Of a stretch of 64,000 nucleotides of DNA, positions 1-9,905 are shown piece after piece; position 1 is the stretch's first letter; every line of letters starts with the position of its first letter. The stretch is from Candidatus Hydrogenedentota bacterium. Lineage in GTDB: Bacteria; Hydrogenedentota; Hydrogenedentia; Hydrogenedentales; CAITNO01. The notes under the pieces are model-generated. The model was not told the DNA's origin. It did no database searches and saw only the letters and a program-made list of their open reading frames with translations. The translations under genes and the position numbers were made by a program. The DNA lies in the NCBI GenBank assembly GCA_018056705.1, contig JAGPFE010000007.1, forward strand, positions 11,220 to 75,219, read 5' to 3'.

Positions 1-1317
1 GCGTTCCCGTTCCCGGTCGGGGATGAAGTTGTCGTGTTCTGCCAGGAACTGCTGCACCGCGCGCAGGGGGTTGTCTTCAAACCAGGCCTTGTTTCCATGT
101 GGGACGTCATAGAGATACCGGGTAATGGTGTCAAACACAACAAGGTAACTTCCCGGAGTGACCAGGTCGTGGTAACACCTCATCTCGTTTAGCACGTGCG
201 CGTAACTGTGATCGGAGTCCAGAAACACCATGACGGGCCCTGGCACCGTTCGCGTGGCGGAACGAACCTGTTCCACTATCCGTGGATCGGTGGAACTGCC
301 TTCGAAAATCTGGATCATGTCCCGGAAAGGACTGTTGGCGATCCGTCGCCGGGTTTCCTCCGTTATGGTGACATCCATGGTGTAGACTTGTCCTCCCCCA
401 TGCAGCAGGTAAAGCAGGGACGCGAAAAACAGGGCGGATCCGCCCCGGTTGGTACCCGTTTCAACGATCACCCGTGGCCTGATTTCGCTGACCAGTTCCT
501 GGAGGGTCATGAGATCCGTGGGAATCTGCCAGATGGGGTTGCCCAGCCACCGGGCGTTTTTCCAGCACATGCTGACGTAATACCACCTTGAAAGGTTGGG
601 ATCGAAGGCCGAGGGGCTCAATTCACGCCGCCATTCTTCCGGGGTAAAGTCGTGGAAACCGGATACCGAAACCTTGCCCCACTGGTCGTGGTACGCGCGC
701 AGGGTTTCGATCTCCCCGCGCAGGGCCGTTTCCCGGGGATGCACCCACCCGCATCCGGTGAACGTGTCTGGCATGCTGTGTACCGCGCGCTGTACCTGTT
801 CTTTCTCCCGGTCTGTCAGTCTGCCGCCTTTGCGGACTACCGCTATGATGGTATGGGGAAAATCGGGTACGCCCTGGGTCAGGATGATGGGCTCCCCGAT
901 GGGAGCGGTAAGCCGCCGGAACGTCTCGGGGGTGAATCGCCAGTAGTCGTAGGGATGCGCGTGAATGGGATAGTACATTACCGAGACGAGCCATAAAAGC
1001 CCACCCGGAGCCAGAACGCGGTTGACCTCTTCCATGAAATGAAACACGTCATACACGTGCTCCACCGTGTCCAGCGAAATAATCGTGCCGAAATGAGCAT
1101 CCGGGAACGAGGTGCGCTGCTCGAAATTTTCCACCTGGTCGACGCCCGGTCCCTCGCGCATATCCACGGCAAGGTAGGCCTTGTCCCGGAAAAAGGGACG
1201 GATGTCGCCGTAACCTTCCTGGCCCTCCACCTGCAGGGCACCGATTTCCAGGACCGGCTCGGGAACGTCGAAGATCTCCGTGAAACGCCTGACCAGTTCG
1301 CGTGTGTTGGGACGCAT
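1..1317 (-). CDS. Fused methyltransferase: N-terminal class I SAM-dependent methyltransferase domain plus C-terminal CmcI/cephalosporin-hydroxylase-family (sugar O-methyltransferase-like) domain. The 3' end runs off the window.
   Basis: Own minus-strand translation; the frame is missing from the ORF track because it is open at the window edge. N-terminal part: MRPNTRELVRRFTEIFDVPEPVLEIGALQVEG...ISLDTVEHVYDVFHFMEEVNRVLAPGGLLWLVS. C-terminal part: WLGNPIWQIPTDLMTLQELVSEIRPRVIVETGTNRGGSALFFA...VFLDSDHSYAHVLNEMRCYHDLVTPGSYLVVFD. ATG at 1317; the frame stays open upstream to about 1474, so the start is uncertain. Confidence 0.75.
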   Translation of the reverse strand, partial: MRPNTRELVRRFTEIFDVPEPVLEIGALQVEGQEGYGDIRPFFRDKAYLAVDMREGPGVDQVENFEQRTSFPDAHFGTIISLDTVEHVYDVFHFMEEVNRVLAPGGLLWLVSVMYYPIHAHPYDYWRFTPETFRRLTAPIGEPIILTQGVPDFPHTIIAVVRKGGRLTDREKEQVQRAVHSMPDTFTGCGWVHPRETALRGEIETLRAYHDQWGKVSVSGFHDFTPEEWRRELSPSAFDPNLSRWYYVSMCWKNARWLGNPIWQIPTDLMTLQELVSEIRPRVIVETGTNRGGSALFFASLLYLLHGGGQVYTMDVTITEETRRRIANSPFRDMIQIFEGSSTDPRIVEQVRSATRTVPGPVMVFLDSDHSYAHVLNEMRCYHDLVTPGSYLVVFDTITRYLYDVPHGNKAWFEDNPLRAVQQFLAEHDNFIPDRERER

Positions 1318-1604
1318 AAAGAATGGATCCTTTTCAGACCAGCGGACACGTGACGCGATTCCCGTAAACAATACCGGTCCCGCGGTGTTTCGCTCAACCC
1401 GACAAACAGGTCGGGGGACCGGAGCGCAATCTTCCGTGACTGTGTTAATTTGAAACAAAAGAAGCGGCCCCGTGATTCATCTTGAAAAGACATCAACGCG
1501 TCTTTTTTATAAGTCTTTTCATTTCAATTTGTTAAAAGATGGCATTTTTCTTGATACCCGGTGGTGAATCCAAATTACGTCTGGACGCAGAAAGGAATGG
1601 AAGT

Positions 1605-4220
1605 ATGTTTCGACTGGATAAACTGACCATAAAAGCCCAGGAGGCCCTCTCGGCGGCACTGGATCGTGCCATCGAGCGCGGACATCCCGAGGTGACCGCG
1701 TGGCATATGCTGGAAGCGATGGTTCGCCAGCAGGATGGCGCGGTGCCGTCGATCCTGCGGCGCATAGGGGTATTTCCCGAACAGGTGGCCACGGCCTGCG
1801 CGGAAGCGTTGAATCGGTTGCCCAGGGTGGAAGGCGGGGGTACCCCCGGCCTGGATCGCGGCCTGCAGCAGGTCATGACCGAGGCCCGGAAATTCGCCGG
1901 CCAACTCAAGGATGATTACGTCGGGACCGAACACGTGCTCATGGGAATGATCCGCGCGGGCGTGGAGGCGGGAAAAGTTCTGGTCCGCGCGGGGGCGGAT
2001 CCTGACCGGGTGCTGCAGGCCCTGAGGGAAGTTCGAGGCACCCAGCGGGTTACGGATCCCAACGCGGAATCCACCTACGACGCGCTGGAACGGTTCGGTC
2101 GCGACCTGACCCAACTGGCCCGGGCGGGCAGGCTGGATCCCGTGATCGGGCGGGACGAAGAGATCCGTCGGGTTATGCAGGTGCTGTCGCGCCGCACAAA
2201 AAATAATCCCGTGCTGATCGGCGAACCGGGCACGGGCAAGACGGCCATCGTGGAAGGCCTTGCCCAGCGGATCGTGTCGGGTGATGTGCCCGAGGGCCTG
2301 CGTGACAAGCGGATTATCGCCCTTGACCTGGCCGCGCTGGTTGCCGGCTCCAAGTTCCGCGGTGAATTCGAGGAACGGCTCAAGGCGGTGTTGTCGGCGG
2401 TGCAGCAGGCGGAAGGGGCCATCATCCTGTTTATCGACGAACTCCACACCCTGGTGGGGGCGGGCGCGGCGGAAGGCGCGATGGACGCGTCGAACATGCT
2501 CAAGCCGGCCCTGGCCCGGGGTGAACTGCACTGCATCGGCGCGACGACCCTGGATGAATACCGCAAGCACATCGAAAAAGACGCCGCGCTCGAGCGGAGG
2601 TTCCAGCCGGTACTGGTCGGTGAACCCAACGTGGAAAACACCATCGCGATCCTTCGGGGATTGAAGGAACGGTACGAGGTACACCATGGCGTGCGTATTC
2701 AGGACAGCGCGCTCGTGGCCGCCGCGGTGCTCAGCGACCGTTACATTGGCGATCGGTTCCTGCCGGACAAGGCCATAGACCTCGTGGATGAGGCGGCCTC
2801 CCAACTGCGCATCGAGATCGACAGCATGCCCTATGATATCGATGTGATCGAGCGCAAACTGCGGCGGCTGGAGGTGGAGGCCCTTGCCCTGCGCAAGGAA
2901 AAAGACGCCGCGAGCCAGGAAAGGCTTCGGGCGATCGAGGCCGAAATGGCTGAATTGCGCGAAAAACTTTCGGCCGACAAGGCCCGCTGGCAGGCGGAAA
3001 AGGACGTGATCGGTGAAATCCGCCGGATCCAGGCCGAGATCGACGAGGCCCGCCGGCAGGAAGAGATTGCCGAACGCCGTGGGGATCTGGGCCGGGTGGC
3101 CGAGTTGCGGTACGGGACCATCAACGCGCTCCAGCGACAACTGGAAGACGCGCAACGGCGGCTGGCTGAACTGCAGCGAAACGGCGCGTTTCTGAGCGAG
3201 GAAGTGACTGCCGAACACATCGCCCGGATCGTGGCACGCTGGACCGGTATCCCCGTCGAGCGCCTGCTGGAGAGCGAAATGCGCAAACTGTTGCGGCTCG
3301 AAGAAGAAATCGGCAAGCGGGTCATCGGCCAGGAAGAAGGCATCAGGGCCGTCTGCGAAGCGGTGCGTCGTGCCCGAGCCGGACTGAAGGAACCGGGGCG
3401 GCCAATCGGTTCGTTTATTTTCCTGGGTCCCACGGGCGTGGGCAAAACCGAACTGGCCCGCGCCCTGGCGGAAACGTTGTTCGACGATGAGGACGCCATG
3501 GTGCGGCTGGACATGTCGGAATACATGGAGAAACACGCCGTGTCGCGGCTGATCGGCGCGCCGCCTGGCTACGTGGGCTACGAAGAGGGGGGCCAGTTGA
3601 CCGAAGCGGTCCGGCGTCGGCCTTACACGGTCATCCTTTTCGACGAAATTGAAAAGGCCCACCCCGACGTCTTCAACATTCTTCTGCAGTTGCTTGATGA
3701 CGGACGGTTAACCGACAGCCAGGGCCGGACCGTGGATTTCCGGAACACCGTGATTATCATGACCTCCAACATCGGTAGCGACCTGTTCCAGGTGGATGGC
3801 GAGGTGGATGACCGGTTACGAGAATGGCTGCAGGCCGCGTTGCGACGGCATTTCCGCCCGGAATTTCTGAATCGCGTGGATGAAATCGTCATTTTCCATC
3901 CGTTGCGGCGGGAACATATCCTTCGGATCGTGGACGTGCAATGGGCGCGGATACAGGATCGCCTGGCCGACCGGGGCATTGACCTGGTTCTTGAACCCGA
4001 AGCGCGGGAACGGATCGCCGAGGCAGGTTACGATCCCCAGTTCGGCGCCCGTCCCCTCAAGCGGACCCTGCAACGGCTTGTACTGGATCCACTGGCCCGG
4101 GAGATCCTGGCCGGCAACATACCCGACAAGTGTGAAGTCCGGGTCGGCGTCCGCGACGATCAGATCGTCTTTGACACGATTATCCGGTCAGATGCCGAAC
4201 CGTTCTCCATGGCCTCCTGA
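1605..4220 (+). CDS. clpB: ATP-dependent chaperone/disaggregase ClpB (two AAA+ modules with a coiled-coil middle domain)
   Basis: Track ORF 1539..4220. N-domain [15 protein letters not shown]; Walker A motifs GEPGTGKT and GPTGVGKT; long coiled-coil insert between the two modules. ATG at 1605 follows AAAGGA and gives the canonical N-terminus. Confidence 0.95.
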   Translation: MFRLDKLTIKAQEALSAALDRAIERGHPEVTAWHMLEAMVRQQDGAVPSILRRIGVFPEQVATACAEALNRLPRVEGGGTPGLDRGLQQVMTEARKFAGQLKDDYVGTEHVLMGMIRAGVEAGKVLVRAGADPDRVLQALREVRGTQRVTDPNAESTYDALERFGRDLTQLARAGRLDPVIGRDEEIRRVMQVLSRRTKNNPVLIGEPGTGKTAIVEGLAQRIVSGDVPEGLRDKRIIALDLAALVAGSKFRGEFEERLKAVLSAVQQAEGAIILFIDELHTLVGAGAAEGAMDASNMLKPALARGELHCIGATTLDEYRKHIEKDAALERRFQPVLVGEPNVENTIAILRGLKERYEVHHGVRIQDSALVAAAVLSDRYIGDRFLPDKAIDLVDEAASQLRIEIDSMPYDIDVIERKLRRLEVEALALRKEKDAASQERLRAIEAEMAELREKLSADKARWQAEKDVIGEIRRIQAEIDEARRQEEIAERRGDLGRVAELRYGTINALQRQLEDAQRRLAELQRNGAFLSEEVTAEHIARIVARWTGIPVERLLESEMRKLLRLEEEIGKRVIGQEEGIRAVCEAVRRARAGLKEPGRPIGSFIFLGPTGVGKTELARALAETLFDDEDAMVRLDMSEYMEKHAVSRLIGAPPGYVGYEEGGQLTEAVRRRPYTVILFDEIEKAHPDVFNILLQLLDDGRLTDSQGRTVDFRNTVIIMTSNIGSDLFQVDGEVDDRLREWLQAALRRHFRPEFLNRVDEIVIFHPLRREHILRIVDVQWARIQDRLADRGIDLVLEPEARERIAEAGYDPQFGARPLKRTLQRLVLDPLAREILAGNIPDKCEVRVGVRDDQIVFDTIIRSDAEPFSMAS

Positions 4221-4250
4221 ACTCGACGCGCGTCGTTGCTAATATCCGCA

Positions 4251-4280
4251 CGCCGGAACGCAGAACGTTCCGGCGTTTTG
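4251..4280 (+). terminator. Rho-independent terminator downstream of clpB
   Basis: Perfect 10-bp stem CGCCGGAACG / CGTTCCGGCG with a 5-nt loop (CAGAA), followed by TTTT. It lies 31 nt after the clpB stop. Confidence 0.7.
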
Positions 4281-4283
4281 ATT

Positions 4284-5744
4284 TCAGGTCATACGCCGAA
4301 CGGCAAACAATAGTAAACGAAAGGCCTGTAAAGGATTCCGGGGCAGGCTGTGTCGAAATATGCGTGTCGCGATGCGATAAGCGGTATATGCTCTACCCAG
4401 TACATAATAAAAAGGATTTAAAACAGGTATATTTACATTTATCATTAATCGTATTATTTTATGTAATGGACCAGGTAGATGACAATACAGAGGTCCCAGT
4501 AAACTCATTTTCCAGTGTCGCTGTTTTTCAGGGCTTGTGAAGCAGTCCAAAGGAGGTGTTTGACTAATGTGGGTGGTGGGAACGTTCATCGGGTTAATGA
4601 ACTGGTTTTCAAGACAGTAATCCCACAGGCGCGTGCCGTAAAAAGGCGTGCAGATATTGAAAATGGTGGCGGAAGGTGATACCCGTCGCACAAAGTCAAG
4701 GGAGTAATAATCTGAATCTATCGAAGTACCTGGAATCCCTACCATTGTGCTGGCATAAGTCCTGATCCCGTATTTTCGAGCAATTTCGAAGGATTCGATG
4801 AGCAATTCATCTGTAATGTTCCGCTTTAGAATCCGGTTTCTGATTTCTTCGTTCCCTGCTTCGATGGACATGCCGATACTCACGCACCCCGCTTCTGATA
4901 GAAGTTTCGCGGTCTCATCCGTAAGGGTGTTAGACCTCATGAGACAATAAAACGGTATTCCAATTTCCCTTCGGTAATACTCCGCGAATTTTTCAAGCCA
5001 CGGGTCGGCACGGTGACAGAAAGTATCGTCCGCGAAACGGATAAAGCGTGCTCCTGGGAAATCGCGCTGTGTTTTTTTGATTTCCTCGATAACATTTTCC
5101 ACCGAACGACGCCGGAGTATGGTGCCCTGCCCAGCGAAGAGCTTGTTATACGCATGGTTGAAACAGTATGTACACTGGTATGGGCATCCCCTGCTGGTCA
5201 TGAAGGAACGTAAGCCAGTCTGAACAGCCAGAGGCATAACTCTATAAAATATATGTCGATCAGGAAAGGGAACTTCGTCTAAATCTTGAACCAGTTGGAG
5301 CGAACAGGGATTTTTCAAGCCCTTTGGGATCACGTTGGGTATGTTATCAAGGGATTTTCCAGATACCAGTGCTTCTAGGATCGCAGGAAAAGCCAGATCT
5401 CCTTCGCCGATACAAATGGCGTCAAGATCCAACTCTTCCAAGATATTTGGATAAAAAGTTGGGTGGGGACCGCCCATGATTCTGAAAGGAATCTTTTCAC
5501 GGTTTTGCCGTAGCCCGGCAACAAGATCACGATCCTCTGTTGCAAACAACGTTATGTCGGCACTGGACGCACTGTACGCCACTATGTTCGGTCGCAACCG
5601 CTGGACCGCGGGTAACAATTTCCCTGGACGCAGTAAAAGAATGTGCGCTTCATGTCCTGATCGCCGCGCAAGGGCGGCAAGGATCATAATGCCCAAGGGT
5701 TCCATCAAAAACGGTAACGCGATAACAAGCAGCACGCGCATCAA
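4284..5744 (-). CDS. B12-binding-domain (class B) radical SAM protein, paralog 3 of the operon
   Basis: N-terminal Rossmann-like block MMRVLLVIALPFLMEPLGIMILAALARRSGHEAHILL; radical SAM motif SRGCPYQCTYC (CX3CX2C). The start overlaps the upstream stop (5741-5744). Conspicuously AT-richer than its neighbours. Confidence 0.9.
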   Translation of the reverse strand: MMRVLLVIALPFLMEPLGIMILAALARRSGHEAHILLLRPGKLLPAVQRLRPNIVAYSASSADITLFATEDRDLVAGLRQNREKIPFRIMGGPHPTFYPNILEELDLDAICIGEGDLAFPAILEALVSGKSLDNIPNVIPKGLKNPCSLQLVQDLDEVPFPDRHIFYRVMPLAVQTGLRSFMTSRGCPYQCTYCFNHAYNKLFAGQGTILRRRSVENVIEEIKKTQRDFPGARFIRFADDTFCHRADPWLEKFAEYYRREIGIPFYCLMRSNTLTDETAKLLSEAGCVSIGMSIEAGNEEIRNRILKRNITDELLIESFEIARKYGIRTYASTMVGIPGTSIDSDYYSLDFVRRVSPSATIFNICTPFYGTRLWDYCLENQFINPMNVPTTHISQTPPLDCFTSPEKQRHWKMSLLGPLYCHLPGPLHKIIRLMINVNIPVLNPFYYVLGRAYTAYRIATRIFRHSLPRNPLQAFRLLLFAVRRMT

Positions 5745-7213
5745 TTATGTTCTTTCGCGCTGAACACGTCAACTTCTTCTGAATACTGAAAAGAGAGCAA
5801 TCCTTTCGTGGCCCGGTAGCAGAAAATGGGAAGATAGGCGGGCAGCATCCACGACTGGGGATGGGATCGCATAAGACGCGCGATACGACGTGGGCTGGAG
5901 TAGAATTTTCTGAAGGCTTTACGCTGGTACGCGAATAGAACGTCATCTGGCAGGTCGGTGAGGTTGACCCGCATGCCCGAAAAATCCATGTCATTGTAGC
6001 GCAGGCGGGAGAGTTTTTCCGGATGAGTCTGGGCAACCATGTCGTACAGTGGGGTGCCCGGGAATGGAGTTACCGTGTAAAATGACGCGGTGTGGAAAGG
6101 TGACGCGCACGCGGTATCAATGGTAAGTTGCATCTCTTCTTCCGTTTCCGTGGGAAATCCGAGCATACAGAAAACATTACAATATACGTGCTTAGCAGTA
6201 GCGTATGCTCCGGCTTCAAGCAACTTGGCGATGTTCAGATTTTTGCAGGTGTATTTCTGCAATCTCGGCGAGGCCGTCTCAAGGGCGAAAGACGCCTGGT
6301 ACATTCCAAAACTGACCAGGGCATCAATGACCTCGTGGGTCAACAGGTCGGAGCGTAAGCCCGTAGGAAAGCAGACACGGGTTTTAAGGTTTCGTTCCTT
6401 GATCAGGTCGTGTATGGCCAGCACCCGCTTGGGATAGAAATTAAAATTGTCATCCAGGAATTCGAAATCGTTGATGCCGTAGGTTTTCATCAGCCATGCG
6501 ATTTCCTCGACGACCCGTTCGGGGCTGTGCGTCCGGATGGCCTTGCGGAAAATTTTGTGGCACCAGATGCACTGGTACGGACACCCCCGGCTGGAGACCA
6601 GCGAAGCGTAACGGCGCCGATAGACGGGAGCAATCGATTGTTTACGCCAGTAGGCTGGCAGGTCGATCAGGTCCCAGGCGGGCATGGGAAGGGTATCCAG
6701 TTCTTCAACCTGCGGTACCAGCCCCGGGTTGATGGTAATATCTCCGTTCGTGTCCCGCCAGATGAGCCCAGGAATATCGCTGAAATCGCGGGTTCCCTCC
6801 ATGTATCGCTGCAATACCGCGGTGGTGATCAGTTCGCCCTCTCCAGGCACGACCACGTGGGCCTCGCATTCGTTCAGCACGTGGGCCTTGGCGGATGACG
6901 CGTGGGGGCCGCCTACCATGATCAACGCGTTGGGCAGGGCGGCCCGCGCCTGGGAAACGGCTGCCGGTAAGAAATGACTCGAGGTGGTAAAACAGGAAAA
7001 TCCGACCACATCCGCTTCAAAATCCCTGGCCCGGCGAACTACTTCTTCAACCGGACAATTTTCAAGTCTCTGGTTGATGATCCGCACATCCACAGGAAGG
7101 TGTTCGCGGAGATAGGCGGCAAGGGCCAGCAGTCCCACGGGTGGGGTCACCAGGGGGAACGTCCGGGTGTGCCTTCCGAGGTTGGCCAGAAAGACGCGCA
7201 GCCTGCTGCTCAT
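5741..7213 (-). CDS. B12-binding-domain (class B) radical SAM protein, paralog 2
   Basis: PPVGLLALAAYLREH...VVGFSC...MVGGPH B12-binding-like N-terminus; SRGCPYQCIWC motif. 4-nt overlaps with both flanking radical SAM genes. Confidence 0.9.
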   Translation of the reverse strand: MSSRLRVFLANLGRHTRTFPLVTPPVGLLALAAYLREHLPVDVRIINQRLENCPVEEVVRRARDFEADVVGFSCFTTSSHFLPAAVSQARAALPNALIMVGGPHASSAKAHVLNECEAHVVVPGEGELITTAVLQRYMEGTRDFSDIPGLIWRDTNGDITINPGLVPQVEELDTLPMPAWDLIDLPAYWRKQSIAPVYRRRYASLVSSRGCPYQCIWCHKIFRKAIRTHSPERVVEEIAWLMKTYGINDFEFLDDNFNFYPKRVLAIHDLIKERNLKTRVCFPTGLRSDLLTHEVIDALVSFGMYQASFALETASPRLQKYTCKNLNIAKLLEAGAYATAKHVYCNVFCMLGFPTETEEEMQLTIDTACASPFHTASFYTVTPFPGTPLYDMVAQTHPEKLSRLRYNDMDFSGMRVNLTDLPDDVLFAYQRKAFRKFYSSPRRIARLMRSHPQSWMLPAYLPIFCYRATKGLLSFQYSEEVDVFSAKEHN

Positions 7214-8748
7214 AACGGGTTTGAATCCTGTCGGTTCAAGGTTACACGGCCAGATTCACATGAAACTTTATTATTCGTTGAAATTCTATCATGATTTTCA
7301 CATAAAGCGGAGTTTCGACGGGGAAGTAATCCCCGGGCCCACATTCGGAGCGCATACCGCCCGCCACTGATGACCCTGCGGAAATACCAAGGATGTCTCA
7401 GTTTTAAAGCGCTTTTCACCAGGTAGGATGGGCGAAAATAAAACGAGATGTAAGCCTCGCGCACCATGGCTGCCAGAGTTTCCGCGTCTGGATAGGTGTT
7501 GGGTACATAGGACGGTTGCACAAAGGTGTTGTTCCATGGAACTTTTTGTCCATGGGCCAGAGCGAAAGATTCCAGTTCGACGCCTGGCCAGACATGGAAT
7601 GGGATAAACTGGGCGAAATCGATACCCAGTTCACAGGCAAACCGAATGGTTTTCCTGGACATTTCCGGGGTTTCTGTCGGGAGGCCGAGAATGAAACTGC
7701 CACGGATTTCCATGCCGGCCTCTTTAGCCCAGGCTACCGCCTCCCGGACCTTGTCCACCGTGTATCCCTTGTCGATCAGGTCCAGCAGTTCCTGGTTACC
7801 CGACTCGATACCGTAAAAGATGTTGTAACATCCGGAAGCGGCCATTCGTCGCAGCATGGTCCGCGTAACCGTGCGCACGTGACCCTCGACCGTCCACGCG
7901 AAGCGTAATTTTTCCCGGTCGATCAGGTCACAGAATCGTTCGATCCATTTTTCGTGGATACAGAAATTGTCATCGAAAAAAATGATCTCCCGGTATCCCA
8001 GGTCGCGGGTCAGCCACCGGATTTCATCGATGCAATTTTCTGGAGATCGACGCCGGTAGGGGTGGCCATAGCACGACCGGTGGTAACAGAACCTGCACCG
8101 GGACCACGGACATCCCCGAGAGGTGAGCATCGTGGCCACAGGATGGTAACGGCCCTGGCTGGGGAGGGGACGATATAAGTTGCGGTCGTACAGGTCCCAG
8201 GCCATGATCGGCAATTCATCCAGGCGTTTAACCGGTTCATGAGGAGGGCCGAAAATCCATTCGCCCTGCGGGCTCCGGCAGTCGACTCCCGGAAGTCCCG
8301 TGGGATTCCGGCCGGCATCGATGGCATCCACGTAGTCCGCGAAGGTCCATTCCGCTTCCCCGGGAAACAACGCGTCTATTTCCGGGCACTGCTCCGGAAT
8401 TCGCGTATGAAACGCGGTCACGTGGGGACCGCCCATGGTCAGGATCAGGTCTGGTTTTTCCCGCCGGAGCACCCGGGCCAGATCATACGCCGCGCCCGCC
8501 CGCGCGGTAGTACATGAAATGCCGACAATTGTTGGTTGCTCACGGAGAACGGCTCGTGCCGCGTCGTTCACGTCGTATCCGAGGGCGGGGCTGTCGATAA
8601 GAACCACGTCATGCCCCCGTTTTCGCAAGGCCGCCGCAAGGTACCCCACACCCAGCGAGGGAAGAATCCCTTCCCTCATGGAAGATTTTCCGCCCCATGA
8701 ATGCCCCAGGTTGAAGGGTGTAACGACCAGAACGACTCGAACCGCCAT
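7210..8748 (-). CDS. B12-binding-domain (class B) radical SAM protein, paralog 1 (first gene of the operon)
   Basis: LPSLGVGYLAAALRKRGHDVVLIDS...GISC...MGGPH N-terminus. The cluster motif reads SRGCPWSRCRFC, a CX4CX2C spacing checked at nucleotide level. This differs from the CX3CX2C of the other three paralogs in the window. Confidence 0.9.
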   Translation of the reverse strand: MAVRVVLVVTPFNLGHSWGGKSSMREGILPSLGVGYLAAALRKRGHDVVLIDSPALGYDVNDAARAVLREQPTIVGISCTTARAGAAYDLARVLRREKPDLILTMGGPHVTAFHTRIPEQCPEIDALFPGEAEWTFADYVDAIDAGRNPTGLPGVDCRSPQGEWIFGPPHEPVKRLDELPIMAWDLYDRNLYRPLPSQGRYHPVATMLTSRGCPWSRCRFCYHRSCYGHPYRRRSPENCIDEIRWLTRDLGYREIIFFDDNFCIHEKWIERFCDLIDREKLRFAWTVEGHVRTVTRTMLRRMAASGCYNIFYGIESGNQELLDLIDKGYTVDKVREAVAWAKEAGMEIRGSFILGLPTETPEMSRKTIRFACELGIDFAQFIPFHVWPGVELESFALAHGQKVPWNNTFVQPSYVPNTYPDAETLAAMVREAYISFYFRPSYLVKSALKLRHPWYFRRVISGGRYALRMWARGLLPRRNSALCENHDRISTNNKVSCESGRVTLNRQDSNPL

Positions 8749-8842
8749 TACGCGTTCCGCGGAATTTAATCCTTCTGCCTTGCTTTGTTACAATTATACT
8801 TTCCAGAATTCATTTCAAGGTAACTTTTTGGGAGACCGGCCC

Positions 8843-9826
8843 ATGGATGGCGCGGTGATGGGTATAGGTTCCCCTATTGTGGATCTCCTGGCGCGGGTAG
8901 ATGACTCGTTCGTGGAAGCGGCAGGAGGAGGCAAGGGGGGGATGATGCTGGTGGACGAACAGACGATGGCATCGCTTTGTTCCCGTCTGCCAGAGTCACC
9001 GGAACGCGCGCCCGGGGGATCCGCCGCCAATACGGTTCGCGCGATGGCCGGGCTGGGCCGGGAGGCGTGGTTCCTGGGAACGGTGGGAGATGATGAGGCA
9101 GGCGCGTTTTACCGGAACCGGTTTGAAGCAGATGGGGGGCAATCCGGGCGGATTCGGGTGGTGCCCGGTCGCGCGACGGGCCAGTGCCTTAGCCTGATCA
9201 CGCCGGATTCTCAGCGCACGATGCGAACCTGTCTCGGGGCTGCCCAGGCGTTACGACCGGAGATGATCACGCCCGAAGATTTCGAGCACTGCGCGCTGGT
9301 TCACGTGGAAGGATACCTGCTGTACGATCGCGCCACCGCCTTCAAGGCCATGGAAACCGCCCGCGAGGCAGGGTGCGCGGTCAGCCTGGACCTGGGATCC
9401 TTCGAGGTGGTGGAAACGTCGAAGGATATTCTGCCCGATCTTCTGCGGGACTGGGTAGACATCGTGTTTGCCAACGAGGACGAGGCCGCGGCGTTGATCG
9501 GGAAAAGTGATCCCGAGGCCGCGCTGGAAGCGTTACTTTCGCTGACGCCCACGGCCGCGGTGAAACTGGGCGCGCGGGGGGCGCTGCTGGGACGGGGGGA
9601 TGAGCGAGAGCGGGTGCCGGCGGTGCCCGCGCGCGCCGTGGACACCACGGGCGCGGGAGACTGTTGGGCTGCCGGCTTTCTTCATGGGTGGCTCGCGGGA
9701 TGTTCCCTGTGGTGGTGCGGGATGGCGGGTGCCGTTCTCGGGGCGGAAGCGGTGAGCCGGGTGGGCGCGGTGCCGGAGGGTGACGCGTGGCCGCGGATCC
9801 GGACACGGCTGGATAACCTGCAATAA
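8843..9826 (+). CDS. PfkB-family kinase, probably adenosine kinase
   Basis: Real part of track ORF 8435..9826, starting [16 protein letters not shown] after GGGAGA. GGSAANT and DTTGAGD ribokinase/adenosine-kinase motifs. Sits directly upstream of ahcY. Confidence 0.75.
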   Translation: MDGAVMGIGSPIVDLLARVDDSFVEAAGGGKGGMMLVDEQTMASLCSRLPESPERAPGGSAANTVRAMAGLGREAWFLGTVGDDEAGAFYRNRFEADGGQSGRIRVVPGRATGQCLSLITPDSQRTMRTCLGAAQALRPEMITPEDFEHCALVHVEGYLLYDRATAFKAMETAREAGCAVSLDLGSFEVVETSKDILPDLLRDWVDIVFANEDEAAALIGKSDPEAALEALLSLTPTAAVKLGARGALLGRGDERERVPAVPARAVDTTGAGDCWAAGFLHGWLAGCSLWWCGMAGAVLGAEAVSRVGAVPEGDAWPRIRTRLDNLQ

Positions 9827-9905
9827 CTACTTGAGTCGAGGTGTTACGGAACATTGGGATCTGTTCGGGAGTGTTCCTGACAGGACAATAGAAGGAAATC
9901 GAGGC

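Noticed and set aside
1318-1604. CIRCE or HAIR heat-shock operator upstream of clpB. A weak inverted repeat AAAAGAC-N8-GTCTTTT lies at 1485-1506.
   Set aside because: It matches neither the CIRCE (TTAGCACTC-N9-GAGTGCTAA) nor the HAIR (CTTGAGT-N7-ACTCAAG) consensus. The 7-bp AT-rich repeat is too weak to call without comparative support.
1575-3662. 695-aa minus-strand ORF antisense to clpB. Similar long antisense ORFs are 2075..2644 and 2831..3526.
   Set aside because: The translation is Arg/Gly/Pro/His-rich with no motifs, while the plus strand encodes a full-length ClpB with all AAA+ motifs. This is a typical stop-codon-poor antisense frame in GC-rich DNA.
4221-4283. Search for a RiPP precursor-peptide ORF beside the radical SAM operon. 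The 8749-8842 gap was searched as well.
   Set aside because: Both gaps are too short and contain no ATG/GTG ORF with a ribosome-binding site. The downstream gap is occupied by the clpB terminator.
8435-8842. N-terminal extensions of track ORFs: 8435 for the kinase, 9780 for ahcY, 24291 for pfk, 17783..18811, 48789..50228, 39689..40402 and 40399..42639.
   Set aside because: The extensions overlap the neighbouring gene, are Arg/Pro-rich, and are followed by an internal ATG with a Shine-Dalgarno-like sequence that yields the canonical family N-terminus.
9827-9905. Possible SAH riboswitch in the 79-nt gap upstream of ahcY.
   Set aside because: Only a short GGAACA/TGTTCC helix is present. I could not find the conserved SAH-element core sequences, and the gap is short for that motif. 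An Infernal scan would settle it.
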